The notes under the pieces are model-generated. The model saw only the letters and a list, made by a program, of their open reading frames with translations, was not told where the DNA came from and ran no database searches. Made by a program: the position numbers and the translations under genes. From NCBI GenBank assembly GCA_028534125.1, contig CM052817.1:33234001-33298000 (forward strand): a DNA stretch of 64,000 nucleotides, given 5' to 3'. Shown here piece after piece: positions 1 through 14,280 of the stretch (positions within the stretch are counted from its first letter, which is position 1; every line of letters begins with the position of its first letter). This DNA comes from Lama glama. Taxonomy: Eukaryota.

Positions 1-290
1 TGTGAAGAAAACTGGATAATTCAAAAGTCTGTGGAGGTTAAACAATGTGCTCCTGAACAACCACTGGATCAAAGAAATCAAAAGAGAAAAAAATACCCTG
101 AGACAAATGAAAATGGAAGTACAACGTACCAAAACTCATGTACTGCAGCAGAGGTAGTTCTAAGAGGGACGTTCACAGCAATAAACGTCTACCCTCAAAA
201 AACAAAATCTCAAATAAAAAGCTCTCTCCTCAAGGAACAAGAAGAAAGAAGAAATGAAGCCTAAAGTTAGTAGAAGGAAGTAACAAAGGT
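1..290 (+). mobile_element. LINE-1 ORF2 fragment (degenerate)
   Basis: Decayed L1 ORF2 motifs: ...ETNENGSTTYQN..., AAEVVLRGTFTAINVY, and cctaaagttagtagaaggaag. Confidence 0.85.
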
Positions 291-519
291 TCTAGAGGGT
301 CCACGTAATCGGGCAGGTGGAAGCCCAGCCTCTCCTCCTTCCTTGTTTCTTCTTCTCTTTCTCCCTCAGTCTCCCGCCAAGATCCTGGCATGAAATGCCT
401 TGCCTCCCTGGCAGGCCCCCGAGGGACCTCTTGCCCATGTGCTTATTTTATCTCTCTCTTTCTCTTTCTCTGTTGCTTTCTTTTTCTTTTTTTGCCCACA
501 AACATGCATATACCTACAC

Positions 520-913
520 TGTGTGGACTGACTTGTGTCCCCTAAAGTTCAAGTTAAAGTCCTAACCCCCACCCCGTACCACTCTTTGGAGATAGGCTCT
601 TTAAAGAGCTAATTGCAGTTAATTGTGGTCATCAGAATGAGCTCTCACCTGACTGGTGTCTTTAGGGAAAATGAGGACACAGAAAGGAAGAAAGGGAGGG
701 CCACGGGAAGCCACAGGGAGGAGATGGCCGTCCGCACGCCAAGGAGGGAGGCCTAGAACAGACCCTTCCCTCAGGGCCCTCAGAAGAAACCAAGTCCGCT
801 GACACCTTCATCCCAGTCTCCTCCCCTCTAAAACCATAAGCAGCCAAATTTCTGCCGGTTCAGCCCCCAGGCCTGTGACACTTTGTCATGGTAGCCCAAG
901 CAAAAAAATACAC
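520..913 (+). mobile_element. MaLR solo LTR (MLT1A/B-like)
   Basis: tgtgtggactg...gtcctaacccc...tttggagatagg...ctcagaagaaacc...gctgacacctt...ttgtcatggtagccc...aatacac. Confidence 0.8.
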
Positions 914-3900
914 ACTACGTGTACCTTTAGCCTTCTCTTCTTTCTAGAATGTTGAGCTCAGTTGGCATTGGTTGAGAATTTTTCTCTGCCTTTCTCTAGC
1001 GAGAAAGCACTGTGAACAAGAGGTAGGGAAAGGACACTTTATGGACAACAAAATTCTGTGATTTGCAGAAAACTGGGTCAGAAATTAAGATATGCCACCT
1101 GTCCCTTTTTTGCACCAGCTTGCCGTGTTCTCTTAAGCAAACCACTTAATTTTCCAGGGTCTCAGTCTTCTCATCAGTCATGTGAGGGCTGGAATTGGAT
1201 CCTCTCTATTGCCCCCAATAATCCGAACATTCTATGGCTCAGCCTGGCTCAGACACGAGTCTGTCTCATATTCGACACCCACAGCTTCCTGGATGAGGCA
1301 CACAGAAACAGACAGTGGTTAGGACAATATTTAGTTTGCAAAATGTTTTTAGTATAAATTATTTTAGCTTGAAGCTGGTTGTTTGGTTTTGCCTGCTCTG
1401 ATGCTTCCCCGCCATGTAAACGTATAAGCTTGGGGAGAACGTAAAGGGAGGTGAATGAACTTGCGATCATTGTATAAACTGTGAACGAGGATTAAACGTG
1501 AGACTGAAATGCCCTCGTTCGTGATATGTTTGAACCAAGCTGCTGGTGAACCACGATTTCTGCACTTCATTTTTCTTGACATTGGACCAGAGTAAATGCT
1601 CGGACTTCTAAGAGGGATCTGAGGGCAAGTCCTTCCAGATGCGGGTGGTGTTTTTTGTCCTGTCACATCATCACCCTGGTGATGTGTTTATTTCTGTCTC
1701 TTTAGGGATGTTCAGGAGACACAGTGTGGCCTATGTGAGGACTAGAAACCACTTTCTGCCTCAGTTGCTCTTTTTTGCTGGAAAGGAGTTAAAGACCTCT
1801 GGTGCTGCTATAAGAAATATCCCAGCCATGAGTCGACACCCAAGCAACCTTGCCAGTCTTCCAATGAGAAACAAATTAAAGACAATATTATTTCTAAATA
1901 TAACTTCAGTAACTTAAGTGCTTCTGAAAGGGTGGACCAAGGACACAAATGCCATCAGTTTATTCAGTGTCCTCTTCAAGAAAGCACCTGTTGGCAGATA
2001 TCCTAAATCCCCTGTAAGTCTAGCAAAATGTTCTACATGGGAGATTACCTTCCATTTGCGGCTTTTATATTCAATGTAGTTACTTCAAAGGAACATAGTG
2101 ATTTTAGAAAGATGTATCAGATTGATAAACTCAACAATTTATTTCTTTATGGAGCCTGTTTCTGTTTCTTTGTGATGCCTTTGTGGTTCTAAAGCAATCA
2201 CTGAAGAGTCAAGAATCTCTAATGTATTTCCTTAATTTCAATAATGGTGGCAAATTATTTCAATTACAAAATTTAATTGTTCAGTCTAGATTATTTTAAA
2301 AGGCTATTGAAGGATCAGTTTTGTCATTATCTAAATTTAAAAAGAAACAGCTCTTAGCAACTATCCTTTCCTTCCATAAATACTTTTTAAAAATAAAATG
2401 TTGGCTCTTTAAGTGGATAAAGTTAACTTTATATGTGCATCTGCCTACTATCATAATATTTGAGCTAATGTAAGTGTGTGTTTCTGTAATATAAGCCTGT
2501 ATGAAAATATGCATATAATTGTATATTCATCTATTTTCCACATCATGTATGATTCTCAGTTATTAATTGATAACAGGATTGAGTTGCCATATATCTGTAT
2601 TATTTGTGTGAATGATTGTGTTGAAAACCCCTAAGGAATTTTAATTTCATAAAGTACAAAAATCCATAACTAAACTTTTGTATGAGGGCAACGGCCAGGG
2701 ATGAAGGGGCTGGAAGGAGAAGTTTTTAGTTTCCTACCAGTAACTGCAGAGCAATTATGTTTAAAATGATTGTTCTTTGTCACAGTTAAACATTTCAGAA
2801 GGCTTTACTGAATTTGGATAAATTAAGTTTCTGTTTTTACTCATTGGAATTTCAGATTACAAACACATTTGGTAGAAAGTTCACTGAATTTAATACTGAT
2901 GTTCACTGTCTCGTATGTTGCTTTACTCTCAGCAATCTATTAGTTACAGTGTCTATTAGAGTTTGAAATAAGGTCTGTGAGCAATGTATGTAAATTAAGA
3001 AAAGCCCCCACAGATAAAGAAAAGCCCCAATATTTGTAGAAGGGGAAAAAAAAAAAAGCAGCACCCGTTGACACAAGGACATTGGCTACCGCCGCTGAAA
3101 GCCTCCAGGACTCCCGCAGACCGGAAGCCCCGTGCCCTCTAATTACAACCAGGCTGACTTTTCAATGGATGTTCGCTTTTGGGAACAATCCCCACAGAAG
3201 GCCTTTCCCCCTGGAATGGGCCAGCTCTTCCAGGGCACAGCACTTAGATGGGCCCTATAGGAAATTCTCCTCATGCCAGTTGGAAAATAACATCCCCAAT
3301 ATGACGGTTTGGAGAGGAAGTTCCAACCACAGGACACAGACTAAACAGCGGAATTCGTGAAAGCGTCCAAGTCATTCACACTAGAAAAAAGGCGTCAGAT
3401 TTGTCTTTGCTGGGGCCCAATTCCTGCTGGATTTGCGGGGTCTCTGCTGAGGCTGCCTCACCGGCGGGTGAAGTCAGGTCCAGGCTTCACTGGGGGAGGG
3501 CCTCGAGCTGTCCTGGGAGTTGCTACCAAGTGTTGTCTGCTCTAAATATTTCCCTCTCTGGGAGCCAGCTACACCGATGCTCTGTTTTCCCTTTTGGGAC
3601 CAAAGACCCCATCAGGGAGCCTATTTGTTTTCCTAGGTTATACACCAACAGTGGCAGGGACAGTCCCTCTAAAAGGGCTCTGTTATTCAGCACATATACT
3701 CCCTAGATGCACAGAGGGCCGCCTACGAGTGCAGAGCAGGATTTTGTGTTAATTGCTGTCTGGGCAGCACAGTTGGCTTGGTCTGGGAAAGGAAAAACCA
3801 CGCTTTCCCTGTAAGACTGCAGTAAGCCTCTAGGTGGCCATGGAATCAGAGGCTGAAGGATGGGAGTGTTGAAAGGGAAGAGGTGGCCCAGCAAGACACA

Positions 3901-3984
3901 CACAGGAACTAGATTTGCCTGAGAAACTCGTTAAAAAGAGAATCCTGGGCGCCACTCTTCCCTCAGGAATTAGAATCCCTAAGA

Positions 3985-4187
3985 TGGTAGTTCTCAGCCA
4001 GGGACCATTTCGCTCCTCAAGAGACAATATCTAAAGACATTTTTGGTTGTCACCCCTGGGGAAGGTGCTACTGGCATCTAGTGGGTGGGACCGGGATGCT
4101 GCTAAACACCCTACAGTGCACAGGACCGCCCCTGCAGCAAAGAACTATCTGGTCCAAAATGTCAGCATCCCAGGTGAGAAGCCCTGC
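3985..4187 (+). mobile_element. MER20 hAT-Charlie non-autonomous DNA transposon
   Basis: gacatttttggttgtcac...gtgctactggcatctagtgggt...gggatgctgctaaacaccctacagtgcacagga...ccaaaatgtc...gagaagccctg. Confidence 0.85.
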
Positions 4188-4199
4188 TCTCTTGGTTAG

Positions 4200-4272
4200 A
4201 GGGGTGCCAAGTATTTATGCTTTTAACAAACTCTGCAGGTGATTCCAATGCACTGAGGCTTGGGAACCTCTG
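4200..4272 (+). mobile_element. MER5-like hAT fragment
   Basis: ttttaacaaactctgcaggtgattccaatgcac...ttgggaacctctg resembles the MER5 terminus. Confidence 0.6.
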
Positions 4273-7200
4273 CTCCCACGTAGGCAATCAGCTGAGAACA
4301 CCAGGTTGCCAGGGCCAGAAGGGCGGGTCGAGGCAGGTGAGGAAGTAACATGGAATACGTGCAAATCAGTAGCACTAAAGACAGTCACTGTGTACTTGAC
4401 GAATGTATTCCACAAGACCCATGGGAGCCTGTAATAGGACTCACAGTGGGCCTGTGGGCAAGAGTAAGCCTAGGGCCCAGCTGCCCCAGGCAGAAAAGCA
4501 AACGCTGAGCAGCCATGCCTCTGAAGCATCAGCCTCACCCCGGGTTTCCCCTCATTACAGCATTTTTGGCTCTGATTCTTTAAGATGGTTTGCAGGTCCG
4601 CTTCTCCAGAGCACTGTGCTTCTGGGGAGGGCCCAATCTTCAACCCTCAGTGTCCTAGGTGGGCCACGGAGAGAACAGGAGCTCGTTCTAGGCCCCAGAA
4701 GGCTAAGGAAACCGGTCTTCTGGGGAAGGCGTGAAAAATTCAGGAGAAACCTCTCAACCATCTTCTAGTGCTCCAGCGAGCACCGTACTGGGAGTCAAGT
4801 GATTTCTGTTCTACTCTCTCTCCTCAGCAGCCATATCCTCTGGCCGAGCTGCTGTCTGGGGGCCCTGACGGCCTCACCCGTGATAACACCCAACCTGCCT
4901 GCCTCACTGCCCTGCAGTAAGGGTCACCGAGGGACTGTCTGAGAAAGGAGCTTCTACGGAATTCCAACAGAAAGAAGCGATTGTGCCTGCAGGTGGGAGG
5001 AAAGGAACCAGTAGCATTAACCTGTTATGAACGGAAGTGTTTTTCTATTAAGTCATGGAGTTAGTGGAAGGTGTTTATCATATTCTTGGAATAATGAGGA
5101 TTCCTCGTGGCTATCCAGGCTCCGAAGAGGAACAGCAGCAGACTTTCCTTTCTGCATCACAATTTAAAGGTTTAGACTTTCTATTTAAGGAATACAAATA
5201 TAATCAGAGTCACATGAGACCCAACAACGTTGCTGTTTCGTTACAAACTAAGCCTGTTTAATGAGGTTCTGCAGACCCCAGGAATAACTGAGACCTGGCT
5301 GTGCTGTTTTCGTTGCTTAAGGTACGACTCTTACTGCACTCACTGTTGGCCTCTTAAAGTGTTGCTATTTCTATGACATAAAACCTGTACCTTGATGTGG
5401 CCACAAGTGAAGTATCTCCCCTCCATCCAGAATAGCAAACTATTTTATTCTGCTTACCTGCAAGGGCACCTGGGAAATCAATCCAATAAAACAAAACCTG
5501 GCTCATTGCATTGTTATGAAACTGAACATTATATTGTGATTAGCTTTACCATTCTATTAATGACTACTTTAAAGCAGCATGTTAATATTCTCAAAGGTAA
5601 ACATTATTATTAAAAAACACGGCAATCCCTTGATATAGATCGGAAAGAAATGTGGGGTGATGAAAGCCGGGGGCGTACCATTTGGGTTGATGGCCAGTCC
5701 CTCATCCCTGAATCGGCTCCCCAGCCCCAGCACTGTATGCACTCCGAGTGCTTCCCAGCCAACCCCCTCAGTCAGTCCCCCTGAATGCCACATCTCTTTC
5801 TCTCTCATTTCCTATTATTTCTCATTTATCTATTGGCTCACTTCATGAGCACACAGGGCTGGGACTGTCTTTACCTCCATGTTTGCTATAGCCCTTGGTA
5901 TCTGTTGACAAAGGCACCACAACCCCCATTTTACAGAAGGGAAACCTCAAATACTGGGATTTTAGACTCGGTCAAGGCCAGTACTTGTGAGAGGTTTTCA
6001 GGCACTGCACCCACATAAGCCTGGGGGTTAATCACTGACCCTGACTGAAGTCTTTCCACCTGCTTTCAACAAGCATTTACAACACCCTGTAACTGTCTTA
6101 TCATTGTATTATTAGTTATTCCACATGACAGGGGAGCATGGTTTTCCTCACTTACCAAGGAAGAAATAGGTAAAGAATAAATAAGGCCATTTCTACATAA
6201 ATGCAGCGCCCACCGTCTGTGGCTACACCACCTATAGTCTCAAGTTCAAGTCAAACAAACTCATGAGAATCTCATGAGAAACGCCCAACAGGATTTCCTC
6301 TAAAGTCACCCATCACCCAGCCAAGATGAAGAGATTCTCACTGCACCCCCCACTTTGGAAGATGATTCTAACTTAAAAGGCACAGCCACTGACTGTGTTC
6401 CCTGAGGAACTGGTTACTTTGGAAGACAGGCACAAAAATGGCCATAGCAACGTATCTAGAAATATTCCTGAATGGAGTACCCAGACCAAAGCAACTCCCA
6501 ACCTAGCAAAGTTTCCCATTTCTCCTTCACCTTTGTCCTAGAACACAGTGTGTTCTATAATTGCGCTTTATGGAAACTTGTTCGGCAGTCCTGATCCACC
6601 CACCCTGGGTTAGATCTCAGGCCACTCCGTTCCCGGTCTCGTGCTTCTGTTCCCACGTCACTTCGTTACAAGGAGTTTTAAATACTGGTGTGACACAGCT
6701 TCCTTGAATGAATGTGCTAAATGCTTCTCAAGAGCTCTTGCTTGCACTGAGGAAGCACAAAATGTTCACAAGAAATTACTCCTTTGTTTTTCTATAATTA
6801 GCTGGTTCTCTTCCTCTTCTTGATTCTCCACCTAATGATGCATTCACTTGGCTGAACAACCACAAAAAAAGATGTGGGAGATGGCATTCATTACACTATG
6901 ACACAAATATTAGCATCAGGATGGAATTTCTGCCCCAAACCCAGGATTGTTACTTTCTCTGCTAGTAGCAAATTCTAAGTATCTCTAACATGGTTCAGTG
7001 ATCACTTCCTGATTATTTAAGAAAATCTATCTTTTTGTTTATTGCTCTATTTCTAGCCTGAGCAGGTCATTATCCTGGCAGGCTGCTAGAGAAGAGACTC
7101 ACCTCGAGGTCTGCTTCCTTTGCATTTTAGGGTAGAAGTGGAGAAGGTACACTGATTTTCCTATCAAAAGTGATTTACCTTAAACCATGTGAAAAATGCT

Positions 7201-10200
7201 TTGAGATGGTAAATACCACCCCTGACGTCCTATGTGTACAACAGCCTTCAGCCCACCCTTCCTTAATTGAATGAGTCTTTTGTCTGACGATGTCTAACCC
7301 TCCCTGTGTCTAATCTTGTTCCTGGGTGGAGAAGGGAGGGAGGGAGGCTGTAGTGTTTCTATCAACAGGGAGCCAGATGCTGGTTCTCTGGAAAGCATTC
7401 GTTAGTTTTATTCCTTTTATAGGTACACACACAACCCCATGGGAAGTTACAAAAGATTGGGATATGGCCACTTTTCAGGCTCCATTATTATCTTCTCACC
7501 CTCTCCATCCTTCCATTTTCTCTAACTCAACTTTGCACCCAACACCAGGCTCTGCCATCAGACTCAGAGGCTCAGTGCTGCCTGAGCCCCACAGAAGTGG
7601 GCAGCCCTGAGCACCTTCCTTGGCACTACCTCTGCGCCTGATGGAATCTCACCAAACCACACTCTGCCACACAGCCAAGGAAGAAAAGGTCTTTGTCACT
7701 GAAAATGGAAAGAGCTTTCAATGAGTAGCACTCTTGCTTCATAAAATACACAATCTGATCCACCCAGTTCCTTCTTTCAGATGATGATACGAGGAAGGCA
7801 GTGACCTGGGTGATCCGAGACAGCATCTGAAGGCTGAGTGGGGCTTGCCTACAGTGATTGCTTCTCTAGTCTCATTCAGGATGTGAACTATTAGGGGACA
7901 CAAAGTATGTAAAGAAATTTGCATAGCAATTGGTTTCAATCAGCCATTGGCTAAATATAAATGTCTCATTAAAAAAACCACCACCAATAACAAAACCCCA
8001 ACAAAAACCCACTCCCAAGCCCAGCAGCCAGAACACAGAGAAAAGGAACGTGAGTAACACCCGGGCCCTAAGGGTGGACATCTGGATGGCTCCCAGGGCT
8101 GGGACTCTATGGTTTCTGGGCTTCCCCTGCACCCTTGTCTACTAGACTGGCCACAAAACCACTGTGTTGAGTGGGACCTCATCTTCAAGCCTAAGAGCTG
8201 GGATCAGCAGTAACAGAAAAACACTTCTGGCAGCACTGTCTTCTGCTACTTACAACCGCTTTCCCTTCAAGTTCTGCTGCATTTGGGGTTCCTACTAAGT
8301 CCAGGTGAAATGCAGGGAAGAGACACATGTAACTGGAGGTGGAGTATGAGACCAGAACCCCTGCACTTCTTTTCTGAATGAATTAGAGTTCATCTCTGGA
8401 AAACCACTAAATTGCAACTCAGGTCTAATTAATCTGAGTAAGTCTTCCGTTTTAGAAAAATCAGTCAATCCGCTTGCTCTGCCAGATGGCTTAAGCCTGG
8501 TGTCATGGCATGTCATTCGTTTGGTTAAAAGCTCTTCCCCCACGTAGCCCCGGTCTTGATTCATCTGTGATTCAAAAGCTGTGATTGAAAGAGCCTTCAA
8601 ACTCACAGGTGTACAACTCACTGGGGACACAAGACAAAAATTCAAAATGTAGGCACCATTAGCGTCCAGTCTCATTATTTTCACATGGCCAGAAAAGGCA
8701 AACATGAACACATTGGAACAAGGGCCCTTTTGGGAGTAGAGAGAGAGAAAAAAAAAAAGGTAGCCGAAGACCCTCAGTAGGGACAACAAGTTCTGCAGCT
8801 TCTGGAAGTAATCAGAGGGACAGAGCCAAACAGCCGACGCACATTCGTGCAGTTTTACCTGGCCAAGTCCCGGCATCCGCCTGGTTGAAGGGGATCCAGA
8901 AAGAGGATGAAATGAACTTGGTCCCACTGAAAGTGGGGTCAGTTCCAAGGGCTTAATCTGTTTCAATTTTTTTTTAACTTTAAATAAAGTAGATTTCCTG
9001 ACTAAAATCCGATCAGCCGTGTAACCATCCTGCTTCATCAAAGAAGCTCTGGTGCTTTACAGAAACCACACGAGTTAAGGGTGCCTTCTGGCACAAATGG
9101 GGCCACAAGGGCCCTCTGTCAAGCAAAGCTGCCCGAGGCTTGAGTCTGGACTAGAGAAATGTCACTGTCCCCTTGTGGAAGGTCCCTAGCAATATTCCCT
9201 ACCCTTCTGGTCCTCCAATCACACAGAATCTCAAGAAGTGGGGACATGATTTTACCCCCATCCATAAAAAGGAGTATATAAATATTCACCTACTGAGATA
9301 TGCCTGGGCCGATAAAACGCCCACTTGTTCCCCAGTTCCTCCTTTTCAAAGGACTCATTTTAAGCATAAGATTTTAGAACTTTGGTAAATAATATTTTAG
9401 AACTTTGACATTTTTCTTCTAGTAGCACAGGCATGCTTCATACAAACATTCTTTCATTTGCAGAAGATGATTCAGTCCTAACTTTGTTTTGTTTAACCCC
9501 TGCTCTGATCCCTTTAGAATGTATATATACAGAAGCCTCCAGATACCAGGGTTTCTGTTACCGAAAACCGATGCTATATCAAAGCCACTGTTCACCGTGT
9601 GTTTCAAGAGTGTGCTTTCAGAGGGCAGCGACAGGCACTTCTAGTAAGCGGCACGGGGGTCCACACAGAGAGGCTGCCTGCTCCTCTGACACTAGTTGGA
9701 GCTAGAATTAATTTCTGCCACCCTTGCATGGGTCACCCATGCCAAAGGTTGAGTTGGCCATGTGGTTAAAACTGGAAATTAAGCATTTTGAGTTGCTCTA
9801 ATTCTTTTTGCTCAGGCTACTAATCAACACCAAATCTAATGCCATTTGACTAAGATAAAATGGCACAGCCACTACACTGTTCGTGCCAACAGCTCCAAAT
9901 GAAAAGGGGGCTTCCCTTAAATGGACTCTTAACACCAACCACCAAGTCAGTACCACACCAGCTTGTAAAGCTCATGAAGAAGACGGGTTATTGCTAGAAA
10001 CAGAGCCTTCTGTAGGAGTCACTGGCAAAGAGTGGTTAGAGATTTGTGTCCTCCCTTATTGGGGTCAAACATTTGTCTTTGGTAAAATAAGGGCGTTGGA
10101 TTAGATTCTAAAAATAACTGGCAGGAATACGCGTTCTATGACCTCAGGATTCTCCAGTGGGTGGGTGGAGGTATCAACGGAGTCAGGATACAGAATAAAC

Positions 10201-10899
10201 TTCAGCAAAATGCTCTCTAAAATCATGTTGACTTGGCAAGGTCATGTTAAAGAGGCTGGGTGGAATAACATGATTTCTCTGAGGAAAAGAACGAATGATT
10301 TGTGCCAAACTATTCACATAGTGGAAAGTTCTACACTTTGGGAAGATGAGATGTGGTGGTTTCTAAGAAGCTGATCAGCATATTCCACTGCTTTTTTTCT
10401 GAAAGAAATTTATAGTTCATCATTCTTTAATTCCAGTCTCTAACCATTTATGTGTAATGGAAAAAGCGAACATCTACTCAGTTGTGTGTCAGAAGCTCTT
10501 AGGATCACCGAACAGTCCTGAATACTTAACAGTAAGATACTCAGACAATGGACTTTATTAAGCTCAACAGAGAAAAATATACATGAATTGAAACAGAAGG
10601 CCTTAACACTTAGTAATAGCTTTAAAATCTGTAAGCTCAGCCCTAGTCATAAAAAATAAAATAGGCCAAGAAGCTTGAAAGAACACAGATCTAAGTTTTT
10701 AAAAGAGGCAAACACTGAAAATGTTAACACATGAAATGCTCAACTCCTTTAAAAACATCTTTTAAAGTATAAATAAAAATTTGGAGAATTAAACTTGCAC
10801 AGATAAGTTTGGACAAAAGAAAAAAATAGGTAAAGGAATATTTGGCAAACACACGTACACATAAATCAGCTGCTCCAGATGACATGTACCCCCGGGGAA

Positions 10900-11660
10900 T
10901 AAAAGAATTTGACTAATATGTTTACTGAACAATGGTGCAGTAAAGATGAATAATTATTTCTGAAGAATTACCTTGCACACACACAGGGGGATGTCAGAAG
11001 ATTGGAAAAAGACCAACACCATGTGATAGTGATGGAGAAAGGAAACAGAAGGAAAGGGTAGTGAAAAATTAGTGTACGGTGTATGCAATTGTTGGTTTAA
11101 AAAATGTGGAATATTAGGGAAGCAAAATTTAAAGAGTTCAGGATACCAGGGATGAATGAGCAAGAACAGTCTGCATTTAAATGACCACAGATGAGTCTGA
11201 ATGATTGTGAAGACTTCAATACAGTTCTCACTGTAGTTACAAACCTATAAAGGGATGGGGGCGGAGGCAGCACTAAGTTGAACATTTAGCGTCTTGGGAA
11301 AGATTTTATTTTCACTATTAAAGACTCAAAAGAGGGGAGGAGCTGAAAATGGACAGAAATCTCAAACAAACACGGTATTAAGCCCAGTCATAGGGAGGTG
11401 TTTCAGAAGGTGTCTTAACAATCCCCCAACACGTAAGTCTTCATCTAGACCCTGACGGATGAGCCAGGACAGGGTGTTATAAAGTTCATGAATGGCACTC
11501 AGGTGGGGAGACGTGAAACAGGAGGAAGAAAAATAAATAAATTAGGTTAGACACAGACACATCTGCAATTAGAGAGAATCCACTGAAAACAGAGAGCGAT
11601 ATGAACAGAACGGAGATGTTTAGAAAGCAATACAATTTGGGAATGAGAAAATTAAACATA
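10900..11660 (+). mobile_element. Ancient CR1/L3 LINE RT-region relic
   Basis: Highly degenerate match to CR1 ORF2 (gggaggtgtttcagaaggtgtc...; aaagttcatgaatggcactcaggtgggga resembles KFADDTKLG). Boundaries are uncertain. Confidence 0.45.
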
Positions 11661-12019
11661 AATTCACACTGAGCAAGGGGGGTGGGTGTGTGAAGAGGAA
11701 GGCCACTGGTATTTGAGATTTTATTGAAAACTATATTCAGAGCATGTGACCGACAGTGCCATTAACCAGGTAAAGCTCCCCCTGCTTCAGGAATAAGCCG
11801 GCAAAGACGAAAGCAGAAGTAGCAGGAACCCACCTGCACCCGTCCCACCCAGACACCCAGCCTTCTCTGCGGGAGTCCTGTGCTGTAGGAATCAGCATTT
11901 GCACATCACAGAGAAGACAACCAAGGCCACAGAGGTTAAGGCCACGTGAGGCAGAGTGATGGAAAGTGCTAGATCTAGGGTTTGCAAACAGCACAGCCCA
12001 GCTCCAAAGTCCACGCTTG

Positions 12020-12270
12020 GCTGTATATCAGATGCCCTCGTGGCTCCCTCCCTCACTGCCTTCTAGTTTCTGCTCAAGTGCCACTTCCTTTATATGAAAG
12101 AGACCTTCTTATATCAAGAAACCAGAGTAAGGAGGTGCTGTTTGATTTCACACCACTTACTTCCATTTGATATACAATATGCCCTCTCACTGGACTGTGT
12201 ACTGCAGAATCCTCAGGGCCTAAAACATGCCTGACATGTCATAGGTGCTCAGTAAGTATTTGCTGTTAAA
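12020..12270 (+). mobile_element. L2 LINE 3' end
   Basis: tggctccctccctcact...tctgctcaagtgccactt...cagggcctaaaacatgcctgacat...taggtgctcagtaagtatttgctg. Confidence 0.7.
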
Positions 12271-14039
12271 CTATGCACTTCCCACAAATGAAGGCTTTCT
12301 TTTTATTATTAACTAAAAGCACACTAATTCATCTACCAATGGTTGTCTCATTTGGGGAAAAAAATCACTTATAAAACAAAATGGTAAACAGAGGATAAGA
12401 ACTTCTAAGAATTGAGAAGTGTCTTGCTGGATTTTTTTCAGAATATTAATTTATGTCTACTGGATCAAGCTGTCAGTCTGTTTCTGTAAGGTACCATTTT
12501 AATGAACGGAAATTCCCTGCTTTTGTGAAATGTTAAAGAATCTGAAGGAGAACCCAATCACTGGGCTCCTTTGAGGTCTATGTGTCTTGATCCAACTCCA
12601 CCAACCACACCAAGAAAGTAAGAAATGGACGTATGAGCAAAGAATCCAACTGAAACGTGGAAAACAAATTCATCGCCCCGATGCTTTCTTTACTGATACC
12701 AAGCAGCTGAACAGAGGATTAAAAAAAAAGATTGACCACATTTTCCACAGAATAACCTAAGCTCTCTGGTTATTTTGTAATTAAACTATACCTGAGTTGC
12801 AGAGAACACTTTTTCTTTGTCTCCTTCACCTTCCCTAGTCGCGTATTTGACACCATTCCTGTCCAGTTGCCATTTGGACTTTCTAATTCTCTGAAACAGA
12901 CCAAGTGTTTGGGGGCTTTTTATGGAGAATCAGTACCTCTGGGGGGGGGGGGTTAGTCATTCTTTTGTAATGTTAAAAGGAGCTTTCATTCCCTGATGGG
13001 TTTGGGCTGCTGTCCTGAGTAGAATCCAAGGAGAGCAAAAGAGGGGTTACCTCTTCAGGGAGGTGCCTTCAGTTATCAGACACCGACACCACATGGGTAT
13101 CTTTTTTAAAGAGAAAAATGTGCAGGGAGCAAAGAAAGGAAGTTGGCTTGTAGTGTAGCAAAGACAGACGTATAAAAAGAGCTACCCTTGGTCATTAATG
13201 CTCGTGTGGCAGACACGGTACTGGGGCTACATGACCTCACCTGGTCCTCACTCACCCTGTAAGGCTGATCTCGGAGAAGTTAGGGCAGCTGCCCAAAGAT
13301 ACGCCCCTAGTAAGGGGCAGGTCTATGCTCATGATCATACACTATATAACCTGCACATCCCTGATGACATTTCAGACTTTCACAGGATTTGTCTCACGGG
13401 GAGAGCAGGGTGGAGAAGGCTTCCACTTTTGATGGTGCCCAGATGTTTATTAATAACAACTGTAGCAGCATCTTGGGGGGAAGGATTATTCCAGATGTAT
13501 CTGGAATCATCAGAATCCCTTTGATCCTTTTTAATCTATAATCAATTAGCTCATGAGTCCAAAAAACATTTTTGGCTAACCACTTTAAGGACCGTCTTTA
13601 GGACCCCTTGTAGTCTGCCCCCTTATGCCTCACTCCAGTGGAAAAAAAAAAAAGTTGTACAGGCTAGAAAGCTCGGTCTCCAGCTTAGTTTTAAATGGCC
13701 AGAGAAACGACCCAAATGTTTCACCCAGAAAGACTTCGTCCATAAAGCAATTTACTTTCTGGGTTCAGAATCCATCTCAGACCCCCAGCTTGGCTCTAAT
13801 GAATTGCAAAGGCCTGGAGCAACCTGAGATACACCTCAGCAACGCCATCTCCATGGCAACAAAGGAGAGGCCGTGGAGAAAAACGCCCTGGTCCTAGGAT
13901 CGGGATGCCTACATTCCAGGCTGGCTGGATCGTCTAGGGGAGCTTCCTTAACCTCAATAAATCTTAATTTTCTCATCAAGAAGATGGGCATTCACTGCAT
14001 TTGCTATGAGGTTCAAATGAAGTAGTTCATCTATCATTA

Positions 14040-14280
14040 CCAGGGCTAATGTTTGCAGTGTCCTTATGCTGTCCCAAGCATTTACTAAGTGCTTCATGTG
14101 TATATTTAAGTACCTACCTCACGCGGTAAGAATATGGTTAAGAACTGATCTAAGGATGAGAGGCTTGAGGCCCAGCTGAGGATTAGTAATTAATCTATCT
14201 GAGGTTACACAGCTGATAAGTGATGCACCAGAACTTGAACTCAGATCTAAGTGACTTCAGAGGCCACGGTTTTAATCATG
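14040..14280 (-). mobile_element. MIR SINE
   Basis: aaggatgagaggcttgaggccc...gaggttacacagctgataagtgatgcaccagaacttgaactcagatct. Confidence 0.7.

Noticed and set aside
8295..9041. 248-aa minus-strand ORF, the longest N-free ORF
   Set aside because: Non-ATG start, no recognisable domain, runs through homopolymer tracts, intronic; a chance ORF.
10400..11660. Processed pseudogene
   Set aside because: No recognisable protein, poly(A) or TSD; it fits a decayed CR1/L3 better.
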